A stretch of 63,646 nt of DNA, filler included, from Craspedostauros australis (lineage: Eukaryota), in the NCBI GenBank assembly GCA_030167865.1. It is 9 parts of 9 records of this genome, joined end to end, with 100 filler letters (N's around TTAATTAATTAA, not from the genome) between each part and the next. Parts side by side here need not be neighbours in the genome. Positions count along the whole stretch, not along the records: positions 1 to 1,795 come from JALAGF010002809.1; positions 1,896 to 12,512 come from JALAGF010002810.1; 7 more parts are not named here. One strand, 5' to 3'. The first letter of the stretch is position 1. Every line of letters starts with the position of its first letter. The translations under genes were made by a program, and so were the position numbers. This document shows, piece by piece, positions 1-12,065 of the stretch. The notes beneath the pieces were generated by a model that saw nothing but the letters and a program-made list of their open reading frames with translations, was not told where the DNA came from and did not search any database.

Positions 1-991
1 ACACACACACTGCCACACCGTACAACCAGCCACAACACACAACAACACGTGAGACCGTGATGCAACAGTCAACACACAATGAACCAACATTATCACGTGA
101 AACAGCGTACCTACCACCAATTGAGTTGCACAAGAGTGCAATAATGATGCTTCAACACGGTTTTCACACAGATCAGTCTACGTTGATGGAATCTAGATGT
201 ACCACTATAGGGGGCTACTTCCAGTGTTGTCAAACCCTAACAACGAGGACATGGCTTACCTTGACGTCATGGGAGACTGCGGAAAGATCACTGCTTCAGA
301 CTTGTGGATCGCTGCGTGTGCTGGAAGCGGCATTCCATTCTGGGTGATGTGAATGTGGATGGATGAATGAATGAATGAATAAGTCTGCGATGACAGGCAG
401 TGACAACTTCGTGACAAGTTTGTGGGAAGTACCTGCCATGATGCACGTGTCCATATGCTGCGAAGTATGCCAACGAGGATGGACAAGCTGCGGCTCTGAC
501 TTTTTCTGATGTGCCTTCGACGAAAGGAGAGGTCTCTTTGTTGGGCCGCCCTCCTCAGCTTCCTTCAATCGAATGGAAGAGCATGCAGCTGTGGTGTCAA
601 CTTCCTCTCTCTGCATCATGCGCGGCCATGTTTCTGCTTCTGCATTGCTGTGTTGCTGCCAGTGCCACTTCCATTACCATTGCATTTGTCCGTTTTTGTC
701 CATGGAATAAATAGCTGCAAAGAAGCTTGGACAAGCCATTGGTTGCTCATCTTGTCTCAACTGCTGATGCCAGAATTGTGGGTGGTGTTGTCTGCTGCCT
801 TGATGTGGGACCTCTCTTTCCTCAGTACGTCTTGCATCTTACATTTTGCATGTGGCTTGGTGTGGAGCCCTTCGTTGTGGCAGGACAGACTCACACCTAG
901 TGCTAGTGTTCGTGTAGAGACGTGGAGTGTTGTGGAGTTTGATAGATTTTGTTTGAGTTCAATGGGTTGTGCTGTGTCGCAGCAGAGAGTG

Positions 992-1589
992 TATTGGAAA
1001 TGCAGAGTTATAGTTAGTACTTTAATCTAATCTGCTGTTAGAAACTGTGCCGTTTTGGAACCATGAGGTCAATCTCACTTTCTCTTCCAATTTCATTTTC
1101 ATAGCAGGCATTTGTTGCAGTAGCATCACTTGGTGTCTCTGTGTTCCCAGGTGCTTCTCTCTACATTCATCATGCTCTGTTCTTGCTTCCTTATCTTGGC
1201 ATCTTCGTTGTTTGCCTCTGCATGTTCATAGCCATCTACGTTTGCATGGTAGGAATCCGCAGTCCTGTGTGCTTGTCTGTCATATAATTCGATCCTTGAT
1301 TCCGTGACACCTCATCTCACAATTGGTGTCATCCTTGGTGATGTTCCAAACCTGCAGTTGTTCTGATCCTTTCTGATGTTGGCCACCTGTGGCATGTCTT
1401 GTCTGTAGGAGGGGCGCGTGCTGCTCTCCGGAGGGGGTGCGTCACTTGCCCATTGCCCTGCTGTCTGTTCTGACTGACATCGCTGTCTGCATGGTTGCCA
1501 TGATTGGTTTGATATCGGGACCTCCTGATCCACTTATGGTAGGGAGCCACATTGCCAGAGGACAGACAACCCTTCTTGTGGTAGGTCTG
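992..1589 (-). mobile_element. Decayed copy (subtype A) of the ~760-bp TG...CA element, interrupted at 1590 by a nested copy
   Basis: Reverse complement aligns by eye with ~8580-9170, e.g. tattggaaat...ttagtactttaatctaatctgctgttagaaactgt vs acagtttctaacagcggattagattacagtactaac...atttccaaca. Many CG->TG/CA changes. Confidence 0.85.
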
Positions 1590-1795
1590 TGTTGGAAATC
1601 TGGGGTGATAGTAGTAGACTAATCTGGTATCAATCTGTACCGTTTTAGAACTGTGAGCACAACATGCTTATCTTCTTTCGATTCCAATTCCATAGCAAGC
1701 ATGATCTGCAGTAGCAGCCCATGATCACGCTCTCGTGCATGGCTACTTTCATCTGCATCCTCATCTTGCATTCACATTGGTTCATCGCCTGCTTT
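1590..1795 (-). mobile_element. Right end of a subtype-B copy nested in the subtype-A copy; runs into the gap
   Basis: Starts TGTTGGAAATCTGGGG-tgatagtagtagactaatctg...ctgtaccgttttagaactgtgag, the reverse complement of the 3' end of 18588-19343. Confidence 0.85.
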
Positions 1796-1895
1796 NNNNN
1801 NNNNNNNNNNNNNNNNNNNNNNNNNNNNNNNNNNNNNNNTTAATTAATTAANNNNNNNNNNNNNNNNNNNNNNNNNNNNNNNNNNNNNNNNNNNN
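1796..1895. other. Assembly gap with TTAATTAATTAA linker. Same type at 12513-12612, 13941-14040, 20646-20745, 46935-47034, 58034-58133, 59483-59582 and 61507-61606; plain N runs at 13135-13184 and 20069-20077
   Basis: Each is a 100-bp N block with the identical central 12-mer, which gives stops in all six frames. Confidence 0.98.
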
Positions 1896-2657
1896 AAACC
1901 ACAGTGGTTATCGCACTATTCCTCGTGGTGTCTCTCGCTGCATGTGCATGTGGAATTGCGTCTGCGAAAATCACTTCCTTGCCTTCACAACATCCACACA
2001 GCCTCTGTCATAAAAAACAATCGACGAACAGATTGTCCTCCGAAGCGCAGCATCATCACACAGCAATCGACAAGCATTGCCAGGTGATCACAAGCCCCTC
2101 TCCGGCCAAAGCCAGATTTAAACCAAAGGTACGTTCCGTTCAGCGATCAATTGCAAATGCAGGGTTGCAAGATCACTGAATGTCTGCATGGCGAGGAGCC
2201 CATGACGGGAGGATTCGTTCGCAGCACTCATCCTGCCCGACACAGCGTGCTGCCTCAAGCAGATGCACACATCGGGAGCATCAGCATCACAGGCAGCATC
2301 TGGGGAGGACGCTCCCATCGGATCAGCTGTCATCGTCATGGGAGTGTGATGCGTTATGATGCCACGCGACCTCCACGCTTGTCGTTCTGATCGCATGCTT
2401 GCTTTGGCATGTTGGTGACGTGCTGTGTCATCACCTCCAACTCTGCTCTACTCTGCCTGCCCAATACACTGCTGCCACGTTCTGTTACTCTGCCCAACTC
2501 AACTCAACCCCACATCTCTCGTGTTTCACCGGTACGAGTGCTTCTGTTCCCGCACTCCACCATGCGCTGCGCTGCTCTATCCGTCTCCAACACAAAATAA
2601 ATCGCAGCACACAATCCAAGCAACCGACAAACAGCAACCAGCAAGTACCGAACAACC

Positions 2658-5327
2658 ATGATCCACACCAAGGCAGCCTTCGTTGTCTTTCTTCTTCTCG
2701 CCAACGCGGCAAAAACCCACGCCGTGCTCCGCGGCAACAGGATTCCTGTGGATCCAACCGAGGAACTTCACATGATGATGATGAAGACCCGCATCCTCAA
2801 GGGCGCCGACGATGACACCAACAAGCGCAACAAGAACAACCAAGTGCCACCCACTGAACACCCAACTGATCCAGAAACGACCCCGCCAACCGCGTCGCCG
2901 ACCTCCCAGCCCACGCTCCTACCAACTGCCAAACCATCAGCTGCCCCAACCGTCTTCGATTCCACCATCTCCGTTGCCTGCAACCCGGATGGCGCTACCG
3001 ATCTCACAATGGAAGAGAGAAGCGCCAAAACCATCATTTGTAACTCTGCCAAGCCATCCTGCCGCGAAGCCATCACCGCCGTCAAGGAATCTGCAGAGTT
3101 GCAGAACTTCTTCGGATGCGCAGGAGACCTCGGCGAGGGAGCCGCACGCAAACTCTTCAACAAGTACGCATTCAACGACATGCTCGCTGGTCAGTTGGCG
3201 TTGATCGCTGCCACCAACGCGATCCTCGTCACAGAACGTCCGGATGCAATGAAGGAAGCATGCGCGGCCATCGCTGCGATGCAATCGCCGCCTGCCACCG
3301 ATCCTTGTTGTCAAGGACCCTCTGGATGCACCTCAGTCACCGGTTCCGCCTCCAACTCTCCTCCATTCATGACCGTCACGATCACTGCCTGCACCGGTGA
3401 CAGCGCATGCAAGGACATGGGCCCCAATCCCCTCATCCTCGATTCCTCCTGCACTGGCGAGAGTGCATGCGAGTTGATGAATGAGAACGAGATCAACCCG
3501 TCCATTACTGGAGTCACCTTCGTGGGTGAGATGGCATGCACCACCCCTCAATCTTGTGAGGGAGTGGGACGCCGTTCTCATGGTGATGTGACCATCCAGA
3601 CGGGCGCATGCGTTGGATCAGAGGCATGTAATGCAGCTGGACGCCGCGTCGTGCAGAAGACCACCCGCATCCAGAGCCACATCAACATCGGTGAGAATGC
3701 GTGCGTTGGCAGCAATGCCTGCAAGGATGCCCATTCCACTGTCAACTATGGTACTGCTGGCAAGCCGGCAGGCAGCCTAACCATTGGTGCTGGTGGTTGC
3801 GCCGCCGATGGTTCATGTGAGAAGATGGGCTTCAGTGACAGGATGAGAACGGACCTCGTCGTTCCCCCTGGTGGATGCGGCAGTGTCGAAGGCTGCAGGG
3901 GATGCATGACGAAGACGGAGTGTAACTCCGACGAAGTCTACATCATCAGCGATGTCGACGGAGCCTGCCCTAAGGGAGGCAGCAGCTCTGGGGGCAATCC
4001 TACTGGTGACAAGGTGGATGAGTACTGTATTGGCAAGGATACCTTGCCCACAGACTCTCCGACCTTGTCTCCCACTCCTTTCCCAACACCTGTCACGTCA
4101 GCTCCCACGTCATTCCCGACAGGTCCGACAGCAGCACCCACATCACCTCCCACATCACCTCCCACATCAGCCCCGACATCACCTCCCACATCAGCCCCGA
4201 CATCACCTCCCACATCACCTCCCACATCAGCCCCGACATCACCTCCCACATCACCTCCCACATCAGCCCCGACATCACCTCCAACTATCACCCCAGCATC
4301 CTTCACCGTCGGATGTCTTGAGACACCGGGTGACGACACATCAATGTTCAATCCCACTGATGGTGACGTATTGTGCGATGGTGCAACAGGCACATGCGCG
4401 GACTTCGTCTCCAAGGTTGATTCTCTGGATGAGGGGAAGAGGAAGATGATCAAGAGCATCTTTGGATGCAATGCTGAAGACCCTCCACAGTCCGTGGCGT
4501 TGGAGGTGGCACAGGAACGCTTTGATAACATCAGGAACGACGAAAGTGTGACCAAGGCATTGCTGGATACGGTGGCAACCCTGAAACTATTCACTGGGAG
4601 CGCGTCTGTGGTGACGAGTGCGTGCAATGGCTCATGCTGCAACAATGGTGGAGATTGCTCCGTTTACCCTGTTGATGGCGGTGTCATGACGGTGAGTTCA
4701 GGGTCATGTACCGGAAGTAGTGTATGCGCAGACGCACGTCCCAACACAATCATACTTGACAGTTGCAAGGGATTCGCTGCTTGCTATCAGTTGGGCAATT
4801 TCAATCCAGATCATCCAGCTGCTGGTGTCGAAGTCGGATTCAGGGTGATCGGACCAGGAGCTTGTGGTGGAGACTTCAGTTGCAGTAATATGGGAGAAAA
4901 TATCTTTGGCGATATACGAGTGGAAGAAGGAGCATGCAACACATCTTTTTCATGCAGCAACGTTGCGCTGCGCAAAAACCAAGGGTCTACAACCACGACA
5001 CCGATCGTGGCAAGTGTCTTCATTGGAAAGAATGCGTGCCAAGGGACTTCCGCTTGTCTGGATGTGCATCGCTCAGTGACCAAATCTGCAGGAAGCTTGA
5101 CCATCGAAGACGGTGCGTGCTCGGGCGAATCCACGTGCAACTCTCTTGGCTTCATCGACAGTGCAACCAATGATGTCATCATCAGAGCAAACGTGTGCAC
5201 ATCAGCTGCCACCTGTACAAGCTGCGCCCAAGGACCATTGTGTGAGTCAGAGACAGAAACGTACGTCATCGACGACGCAGCCACAGACTGCCCTGGTCCA
5301 TCCCAATCTGCCTGCCAAGTCCTCTAA
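2658..5327 (+). CDS. Secreted mucin-like protein (889 aa) with alternating Pro/Thr/Ser-rich and Cys-rich domains; probable cell-surface or frustule-associated glycoprotein
   Basis: Long uninterrupted ORF. Signal peptide MIHTKAAFVVFLLLANAA, LRG and RIL (RXL) motifs, a PTSP/PTSA array, and two homologous Cys-rich domains with repeated CxGxx(A/S)C units. Confidence 0.9.
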   Translation: MIHTKAAFVVFLLLANAAKTHAVLRGNRIPVDPTEELHMMMMKTRILKGADDDTNKRNKNNQVPPTEHPTDPETTPPTASPTSQPTLLPTAKPSAAPTVFDSTISVACNPDGATDLTMEERSAKTIICNSAKPSCREAITAVKESAELQNFFGCAGDLGEGAARKLFNKYAFNDMLAGQLALIAATNAILVTERPDAMKEACAAIAAMQSPPATDPCCQGPSGCTSVTGSASNSPPFMTVTITACTGDSACKDMGPNPLILDSSCTGESACELMNENEINPSITGVTFVGEMACTTPQSCEGVGRRSHGDVTIQTGACVGSEACNAAGRRVVQKTTRIQSHINIGENACVGSNACKDAHSTVNYGTAGKPAGSLTIGAGGCAADGSCEKMGFSDRMRTDLVVPPGGCGSVEGCRGCMTKTECNSDEVYIISDVDGACPKGGSSSGGNPTGDKVDEYCIGKDTLPTDSPTLSPTPFPTPVTSAPTSFPTGPTAAPTSPPTSPPTSAPTSPPTSAPTSPPTSPPTSAPTSPPTSPPTSAPTSPPTITPASFTVGCLETPGDDTSMFNPTDGDVLCDGATGTCADFVSKVDSLDEGKRKMIKSIFGCNAEDPPQSVALEVAQERFDNIRNDESVTKALLDTVATLKLFTGSASVVTSACNGSCCNNGGDCSVYPVDGGVMTVSSGSCTGSSVCADARPNTIILDSCKGFAACYQLGNFNPDHPAAGVEVGFRVIGPGACGGDFSCSNMGENIFGDIRVEEGACNTSFSCSNVALRKNQGSTTTTPIVASVFIGKNACQGTSACLDVHRSVTKSAGSLTIEDGACSGESTCNSLGFIDSATNDVIIRANVCTSAATCTSCAQGPLCESETETYVIDDAATDCPGPSQSACQVL
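4137..4284 (+). repeat. Coding 12-bp tandem repeat (cccacatcacct / cccacatcagcc variants) encoding (PTSP/PTSA)n
   Basis: Directly visible array of about 12 units. Confidence 0.95.
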
Positions 5328-7705
5328 GACCCACCCGGGCGAGTCGACCTGCACTTTGAAATGAACCTCCTCACTTTGTTCCTGGGATTTCCAAACTAAG
5401 AACATATTCGTAATCCCCGTAGATCTAAAACATATGCTGATCCATTACAGTTCTGCGGTTGGTCCTATTTTAAGTTTTATGGGCCGATGGATTTGCATAT
5501 TTTTGGATCTCTTTCGGGTTTCAGCGGTTCGCGTCCGACTACATCGATTCAGTTTAACGCGCTACTGTTCTTTGTTTCAGCGAGTTTGTTCCCATTTTGA
5601 ATTGCTTAGTCTCTTTCTGAGGTGTTCCGATGAGACGATCCAACAGTCCATGCACGATAAACTAGTGTCTCGTGGCTAATTTCCGGTTTTTTGGCACTTT
5701 TTGGTACTTGTTGGTAACCATTGGCGTATCGCCGACGGCACAAGCTGCCATTCGATGAGTTGATGGCTGTTGCCTGACATCTTTGCATCATTAGGAAGAG
5801 GAGAGCGAGAGCTCTCTGTTGATGTGTTCAATGTAGGCAAACGGTCTCCGCTTTCCGTTCATCTCGATGCCTCTTTTGACCCTTTATCGGCTTTCTTCGT
5901 ACGGACGACGTACGGACAAGAATCCGGAATTTTTCGTTGGTAACCATTGGTAACCGCGTAGAGTCTACGACATGCTGGTACAGAAATTTGTTGCTTCTTG
6001 GTCCAACCTCGACCAACCGTCTTCCAAAGACCCACATCCAATTATGTTTCGTCTATTGCTCAAGTGAATGGCATGGCTGTATTCGTCACTTCATTCTGCT
6101 TCGGGTGGTGTGCTGGTCAGCGGTCCAGAATGCTTTTGTGTGTTGCTTTGGGCGTTTGAAGTCAGTCATTAATGCTCGTGACAGCCATGATCATCGATCC
6201 GTGAACACACAAAAGTTCGCGCCAAAAGTTATCGTGTGTTATTACGTGTCGTAGATTCGGACCGTGCTGTTCACCTGAGTCTCTCTACTTTATGCAAGGT
6301 TGTGGATCACCCTGTTGTCGGATCATCGTACCGTTGCTTTCAATCGACGCAGTATTCTCTCTTACACCCGCCCATATAGTCTTGGTCCTCGAATCTCGCT
6401 TCCTCCAAAGATATACCAACTGCAAGTTCTTTTCGTCGCTTTACCGCGTATTCTACTATCCTCGCGAGGAAGCATCGCGTCCTGATCACGCGCCACAACT
6501 GTCTTCATTGACACTGGTTGCTTCACCCTCGCAAAGACTCGCCACTTATCTCACACTCATGCCAAATGATTCTGGCTTGCTTGCGTGCTCAGGACACGAA
6601 GTTAAGCACTCTCAGGTGCACAGATGACAGTCTTCTATTGCTTATCTGTTGTTGGTGTATTGCTGATACACTCCTTGTTGTGAACCAGATGATGACCGCA
6701 TGCCATGAATCCAACAAAGACACATGCCCTGTTCATGTTTGACCCTGTGTTGTTTCAGCCACAAATGCTCCGCCTCGGTTGCATGTGACTGTACGGTCAC
6801 AGAATCTTTGACCAATAAGAGCTACGCGACTCGTTTGACTCCAAAACTCGCTCTATGCCATGGGTGAAGTTGTTGACGCAGTCGCTGTTCGTGCTCTATC
6901 AAAATGTGTTCGAACTGTTCTGTGGAGATAGCCTGATGTTCTTTATTGATCTTCAACGATGCTATGTATCAGCGCAACGCTATATCTCTAACAATAGTGA
7001 CACCTGTCGTCCAATCAGAAATCTTCACATTTCTAACATTTTCCGTTTCAAACGGAAATGTTGGTCGAAATTCCGTTGTGTCAAATTTGTGTCACATTTC
7101 GCGTCGCAAGAACCGTTTTCTCGTCATTCACAGATTTCGGATGTCGCGAAAATGAATTTCTTGCCAAGATGAGCCACTCTGCCCAATCAGGACAGACTTC
7201 GGTCTTGGGTGTGACACATGCGAATCTTACCATGACCTTCTCAAGTGAATACGATCAATTGTGTGATCGTACTACTTGCAACATCGTGAGGAGTTGCACC
7301 CTACAACACGGCGTATCGCGGTGTTTGTTTTCTGACTTTTGCAAATCTGAACCCACGCAGTAACACGCACATTTGTCATGTTGTCTCCATGTTATATTCC
7401 GTCTGCAATCGCATGAGACCTGCACGTTGCCTCTCATGCTCACAGTTCCAAGATCTCAATCTTTGGAGCTTGTCAACATCCTACCATACGAATAACTCAA
7501 TACCAAACAATCATCCTCACCAACAACTACGAATTGATCACTCTGCGTTTTCGGTGCGGTACCCTACCCATCTTTGATTACGTTCTAACATTACATGCTC
7601 AGAGGATGCATGCATGTGCTCCTGCGCGAGCGACCACACGTCACGCCATACGACACAGTGGCCAGAATCCATCGTAACAGCACGGTTTCATCGGATCTCG
7701 CAGAA

Positions 7706-10700
7706 CTACCCAGTGACGAAAACATGGACGAAGATCACAATCCATACAATGAAGATGGAGTCCACAAAGACGACGACGATGGAAGCTACAATGATGAGAA
7801 AGCAGCAGCTGCCATGGATCAGCTCCACGAGCTGAGCACCAAGTACAAGGACAAGGTCAACAAGGACACCTGGCTCGCCGACAGCGGAGCTTCGTGTCAC
7901 ATCGTCAATTCGGAAGCCGCTCTCTTCAATGTGCGGCACATCAAGTCATTCGTCCAAGTGGGAGACAGCACAAAGCTGGACTCTCCCAAAATGGGATCCA
8001 TTCGCTTGAAGGTCAAGCAATGAGACAACACTGGCCACATCATCCAGCTTGATGATGTGAAGTACACACCCAAGATGGTGGTGAACCTTTTCTCCATGAA
8101 CAAGGCTCTGTACAACAGCTATCAGCTCGGTAGCAATGGCATTCTGATGGACATCATCAACAGATCTGGAACAACGATCGTGTCCGATCGAGTCTTCCCC
8201 ACATCCAACGGATTCATCACAGGAGTGCAGATGCATCCCATCATACCAACAGATGACGACAAGGCTTGCACAGCCATCACCAAGAATTCATCCAAGGAGA
8301 TCAGCGCAGTGAACTTGCATCGAATGCTCGGCCACGCGCCACTCGAGACCATGAAGCGGACAGCCGCTCAATACGGATGGAAGATTATTGGCGAGATGCC
8401 GGTGTTAGGAATTGAGGGTACGACTTTGTTGGAATACCCGTGATTGCCACACCTCCCAACATTATTCGTCACAGCTTTGAATATTATTCGTCACATGTTC
8501 GGAGACTATTCGTCACACCTTTGTATACCATGTCATTATGACTATGACTAAGGATACGGACGTGATTGATACCTGTACTACCGCGAGGAGGGTAGCCTGT
8601 CCTCTGGTAACGTAAGGACGACACCCATGGCGGATCAGAGGGTCCCAACACCAAACCAACCATGGCAACCATGCAGACGACGACGTCGATCAGAACAGCA
8701 GGTTGATGGGCAAGTGACGCACCTTCTTCAGAGGACAGCACGCGCCCCTCCTGCGGACAAGAACATCCGCAGGTTTGGAACATCAGAAAGGATCAGAACA
8801 TCCGCAGGTTTGGAACATCACCAAGGCTGACATCGATCGTGGGATGATGGTGCCATGAGACCAACGACGGAAACATGTGATAGGCAAGTGCTCAGGACTG
8901 CAGATCCCTACCATGCGAGCGTAGACAGCTACGACGATGCGGAGGCAAGCAGCATCAATGCCAAGACAAGGAAGCAAGAACAGAGCATGATGAATGAAGG
9001 GAGAAGAACCTAAGAGACAACAGGACGCCCCGAGTCGCCACCGCGACAGATGTCTACTATGAAAAATGAAATCGGAAGAGAAAGTGAGATTGTGCTCACA
9101 GTTCTAAAACGGTACAGTTTCTAACAGCGGATTAGATTACAGTACTAACAATAACCCCGGATTTCCAACATGCCGGTATGTCGCAACTGCGCGGTCACGA
9201 ATGCGAGAGTGAAGAACATCTCGAAAGCGACGATCCCGAGAGCAACTCGCCGCGGCGAACGTTTCTTCATTGACATTAGTTACACTAAACACATAAGCTT
9301 CGGAAATAAACGCTACTGGACCCTGATCGTGGACAACTGCATGGATCACTGCTGGAGTTTCTTTCTCAAGAACAAAAGTGATCAACCAGGATACATCAAA
9401 CGATTCGTCCAGACGATCAAATCACAGACTGGTGATCAACAAATCATCTTCCGAGGAGACAACAGCAGAGAGAACAAATCCACGCAGGATACTCTCATTG
9501 ATGCAGTACTCAACGTGAAATTCGAATTCACGGCATCGAACACGCCACAACAGAACGGCAGAGTAGAACGCAAATTCGCGTACCTCTACACCAAGATCCG
9601 CTCCGTGCTCAACGAAGCACAGCTCGACGAAGAGTATAGGCATGGCCTGTGGGCAGCAGCTGCGAGCACTGCCACTGCTATTGCCAACATCACCGTAGCG
9701 AAGAATCAGAAGGAGTCACCACATCGCCAATTCTTTGGCAACGATCCACCATATGCAGATGCACTCCGCACATTCGGAGAGATGGGTGTTGTGAAGACTA
9801 CCTACGGCGGGATCACCGCCAAACTCAAGAATAGAGGAGAAGAGATGGTGTTCATTGGATATGCACACCAACATGCATCAGGGGTATACAACATGTACAG
9901 ACCATCGACCAAATCACTGATCTGCTCACGCGACATCAAGTGGCTCAACCAATCATACGGACAGTTCCGTGGCTGGGCGCCAGCACCGAACATATCCAAC
10001 GAAAGAGGAATAACGGACGTAGACGGCTTCACAACCATCGGACGGAAGGGAGCAACGCCAAGGACGGCAACGCGTCAAACATCGAAAGCAAAGAGAGTAT
10101 CTTTTGCTGACAGCAACATGTACTACATCCTATTGGACAGCGACGATGAGGATAATGAGGACGACGGAGCAGTAACTCAACTGGTCCATAACGACGAGGA
10201 AGATCGGAGCGAATCCAATCATGAGGATGACGAGATCCTACCATCCGGCGACGAAGCCGACGATGACACAGGCGTCACTCCTCCGAATACACCAGCGAGG
10301 TCTACACATGATACACCATCCAGACCTCCACCGAGCAAGCCAAACAAACGTGACATAGCTAGAAAGGAGAGGATCCGACGTCACGAAGCACGAGGCAGGA
10401 AGGGAGAAACTAATCCCAAATCAACAACAGGGAAGAGTATCCCCAGAGCTCTACGTGAGCTCTCGGACTTCAACGAACGAGGTCGAAAGGAAGAAGGCTA
10501 TGAGAGCGATCCATCATCCAATGAAGACAGTGACGAACTGAGCGATGAGATAACCGACGAGTCCAACAACAAAACTACAGATGACGAAGAAATCGAAGAC
10601 GAAGATGAAGAGATCGAAATCACTCACCATAGCACAACAGGACTATACGGGATGAACGCAATCATCACCGAATCACCAGCGATCGACATCGGATTGTCGA

Positions 10701-12065
10701 TGCAGGACGAGAACAAGGAACCAGAGAAGCACATCGAACCAACGACGTTCGATGGAGCCTTCAATCATCCAGATCCCATTCATCGAAAGGGATATCGAGC
10801 AGCCATCAAGAAGGAGTTCGACTCCATGGACACACGCAAGGTATACAGCAAGATCAAACGAGACGCCATCCCACGCGGCCGCAGATGCTGCAAATGCAAA
10901 TGGGTCTTCAAGTTGAAGCGCGACGGCACACATCGAGCGCGGCTCGTTGCATGCGGCTATTCGCAAGTCGCAGGAGTGGACTTCCAAGAGCATTACTCAC
11001 CCGTCATCCATGACGTGACATATCAAGTCATGATGGTGATCATGCTGATCAAGAAGATGGACTGCGCACTCGTCGATGTCGTAACGGCATTCCTACATGG
11101 AGACCTTGACAAGGAGATCTACATGAACTGTCCCAACGGGATGGATCATCAACCAGACGAAGCTCTGACCCTACATAAGCCAATCTACGGGCTTGTGCAG
11201 AGCGCAAGGCAATGGTTCAAGATGTTGGTGTCGACCCTCAAGAATATCAACTTCGAACAGAGCGCGGCAGACCCGTGCCTGTTCTACAGGAAGACGAACG
11301 AAGGAAGCATGATCGTGGCCATCTACGTGGACGATTGCTTCCGCTGCGGAGACTCCAAGGCATTGGAGACATTCCTGAAGGACATCCAAGGCAGCAAGTT
11401 CAAGGTGACAATCGAGCAAGGACTCAGAGACTACCTCAGCTGCAACATCGAACTGAACCATGACAAGACCAGAGCAACGTTGCGTCAACCACATCTCATC
11501 CGACATCTCATCAAAGAGTTTGGAACCAAGGTTGAGAAGATGCAGCGCTATGGGACACCGGGAACCCCAGGTCAAATCATTGTACGACCATCCAAAGACA
11601 ATGGACTACAGAAGGTCGGACCAGCCGAGGCGTCGGTATGCTACTCTTACTCATCAAGCACTCGCAACCAGACATCGCGAACCCTGTGAGGGAACTCTCC
11701 AAGGTATTGATCGGGCCCACCAAGGCTGCAATGAAGGAGATGTATCGGATCATCAAGTATGTGATCGATACGAAGGACTATGGGTTGAAAATCCATCCAG
11801 CACGTCCAGACGATGACGGCTGGGACATGGAGCTCTTCTGTGATAGCGAATATGCAGGAGACAAGAACACGAGAATCAGCGTAGGAGGGTTCATCCTATA
11901 CCTGTGCAAGGTACCAATCCTTTGGCGATCCAAGGCACAGAAGGCCGTCACACTCAGCTCATCCGAAGCAGAATACGTTGCCCTTTCCAAAGCGGCAAAA
12001 GAGATCTTCTTCGTCATGTAGCTACTTGAAAGTGTGGGTGTCCCAGTGAAGACACCGATCAAAGA
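7706..12065 (+). mobile_element. Decayed Ty1/copia pol (protease, GAG-pre-integrase, integrase, RT, RNase H), truncated at both ends; boundaries approximate
   Basis: Motifs WLADSGASCH (PR), LHRMLGH...CRNC (HHCC), TPQQNGRVER (IN), KWVFKLK..RARLVACGYSQ and YVDD (RT), DSEYAGD..RISVGG..SSSEAEYVA (RH) in copia order. Stops at 8021 and 12019, a frameshift near 11640 and an insertion at 8403-9170. Confidence 0.95.
8403..9170 (+). mobile_element. Complete 768-bp non-coding TG...CA element (subtype A; solo-LTR-like or non-autonomous) with 6-bp TSD TGCCGG
   Basis: Ends TGTTAGGAATTGAGGG...CCCCGGATTTCCAACA (imperfect inverted termini). TGCCGG at 8397-8402 and 9171-9176. Removing the element and one TSD restores in-frame GEMPVCRNC. 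Confidence 0.92.

Noticed and set aside
1840..1851. Recurrent TTAATTAATTAA as a biological repeat or piggyBac TTAA site
   Set aside because: Always centred in 100-bp N gaps, so it is an artificial contig linker. ORFs ending in ...XXXLIN or ...XXXN are artefacts.
4137..4284. Repeat array as CRISPR-like
   Set aside because: No unique spacers; it is an in-frame coding PTS repeat in a eukaryotic gene.
8396..9177. 8-bp TSD (ATGCCGGT) implying a hAT-like element
   Set aside because: The second complete copy supports only 6 bp (tGCTGCTt vs aGCTGCTt); the extra bases are the element's own T and A termini.
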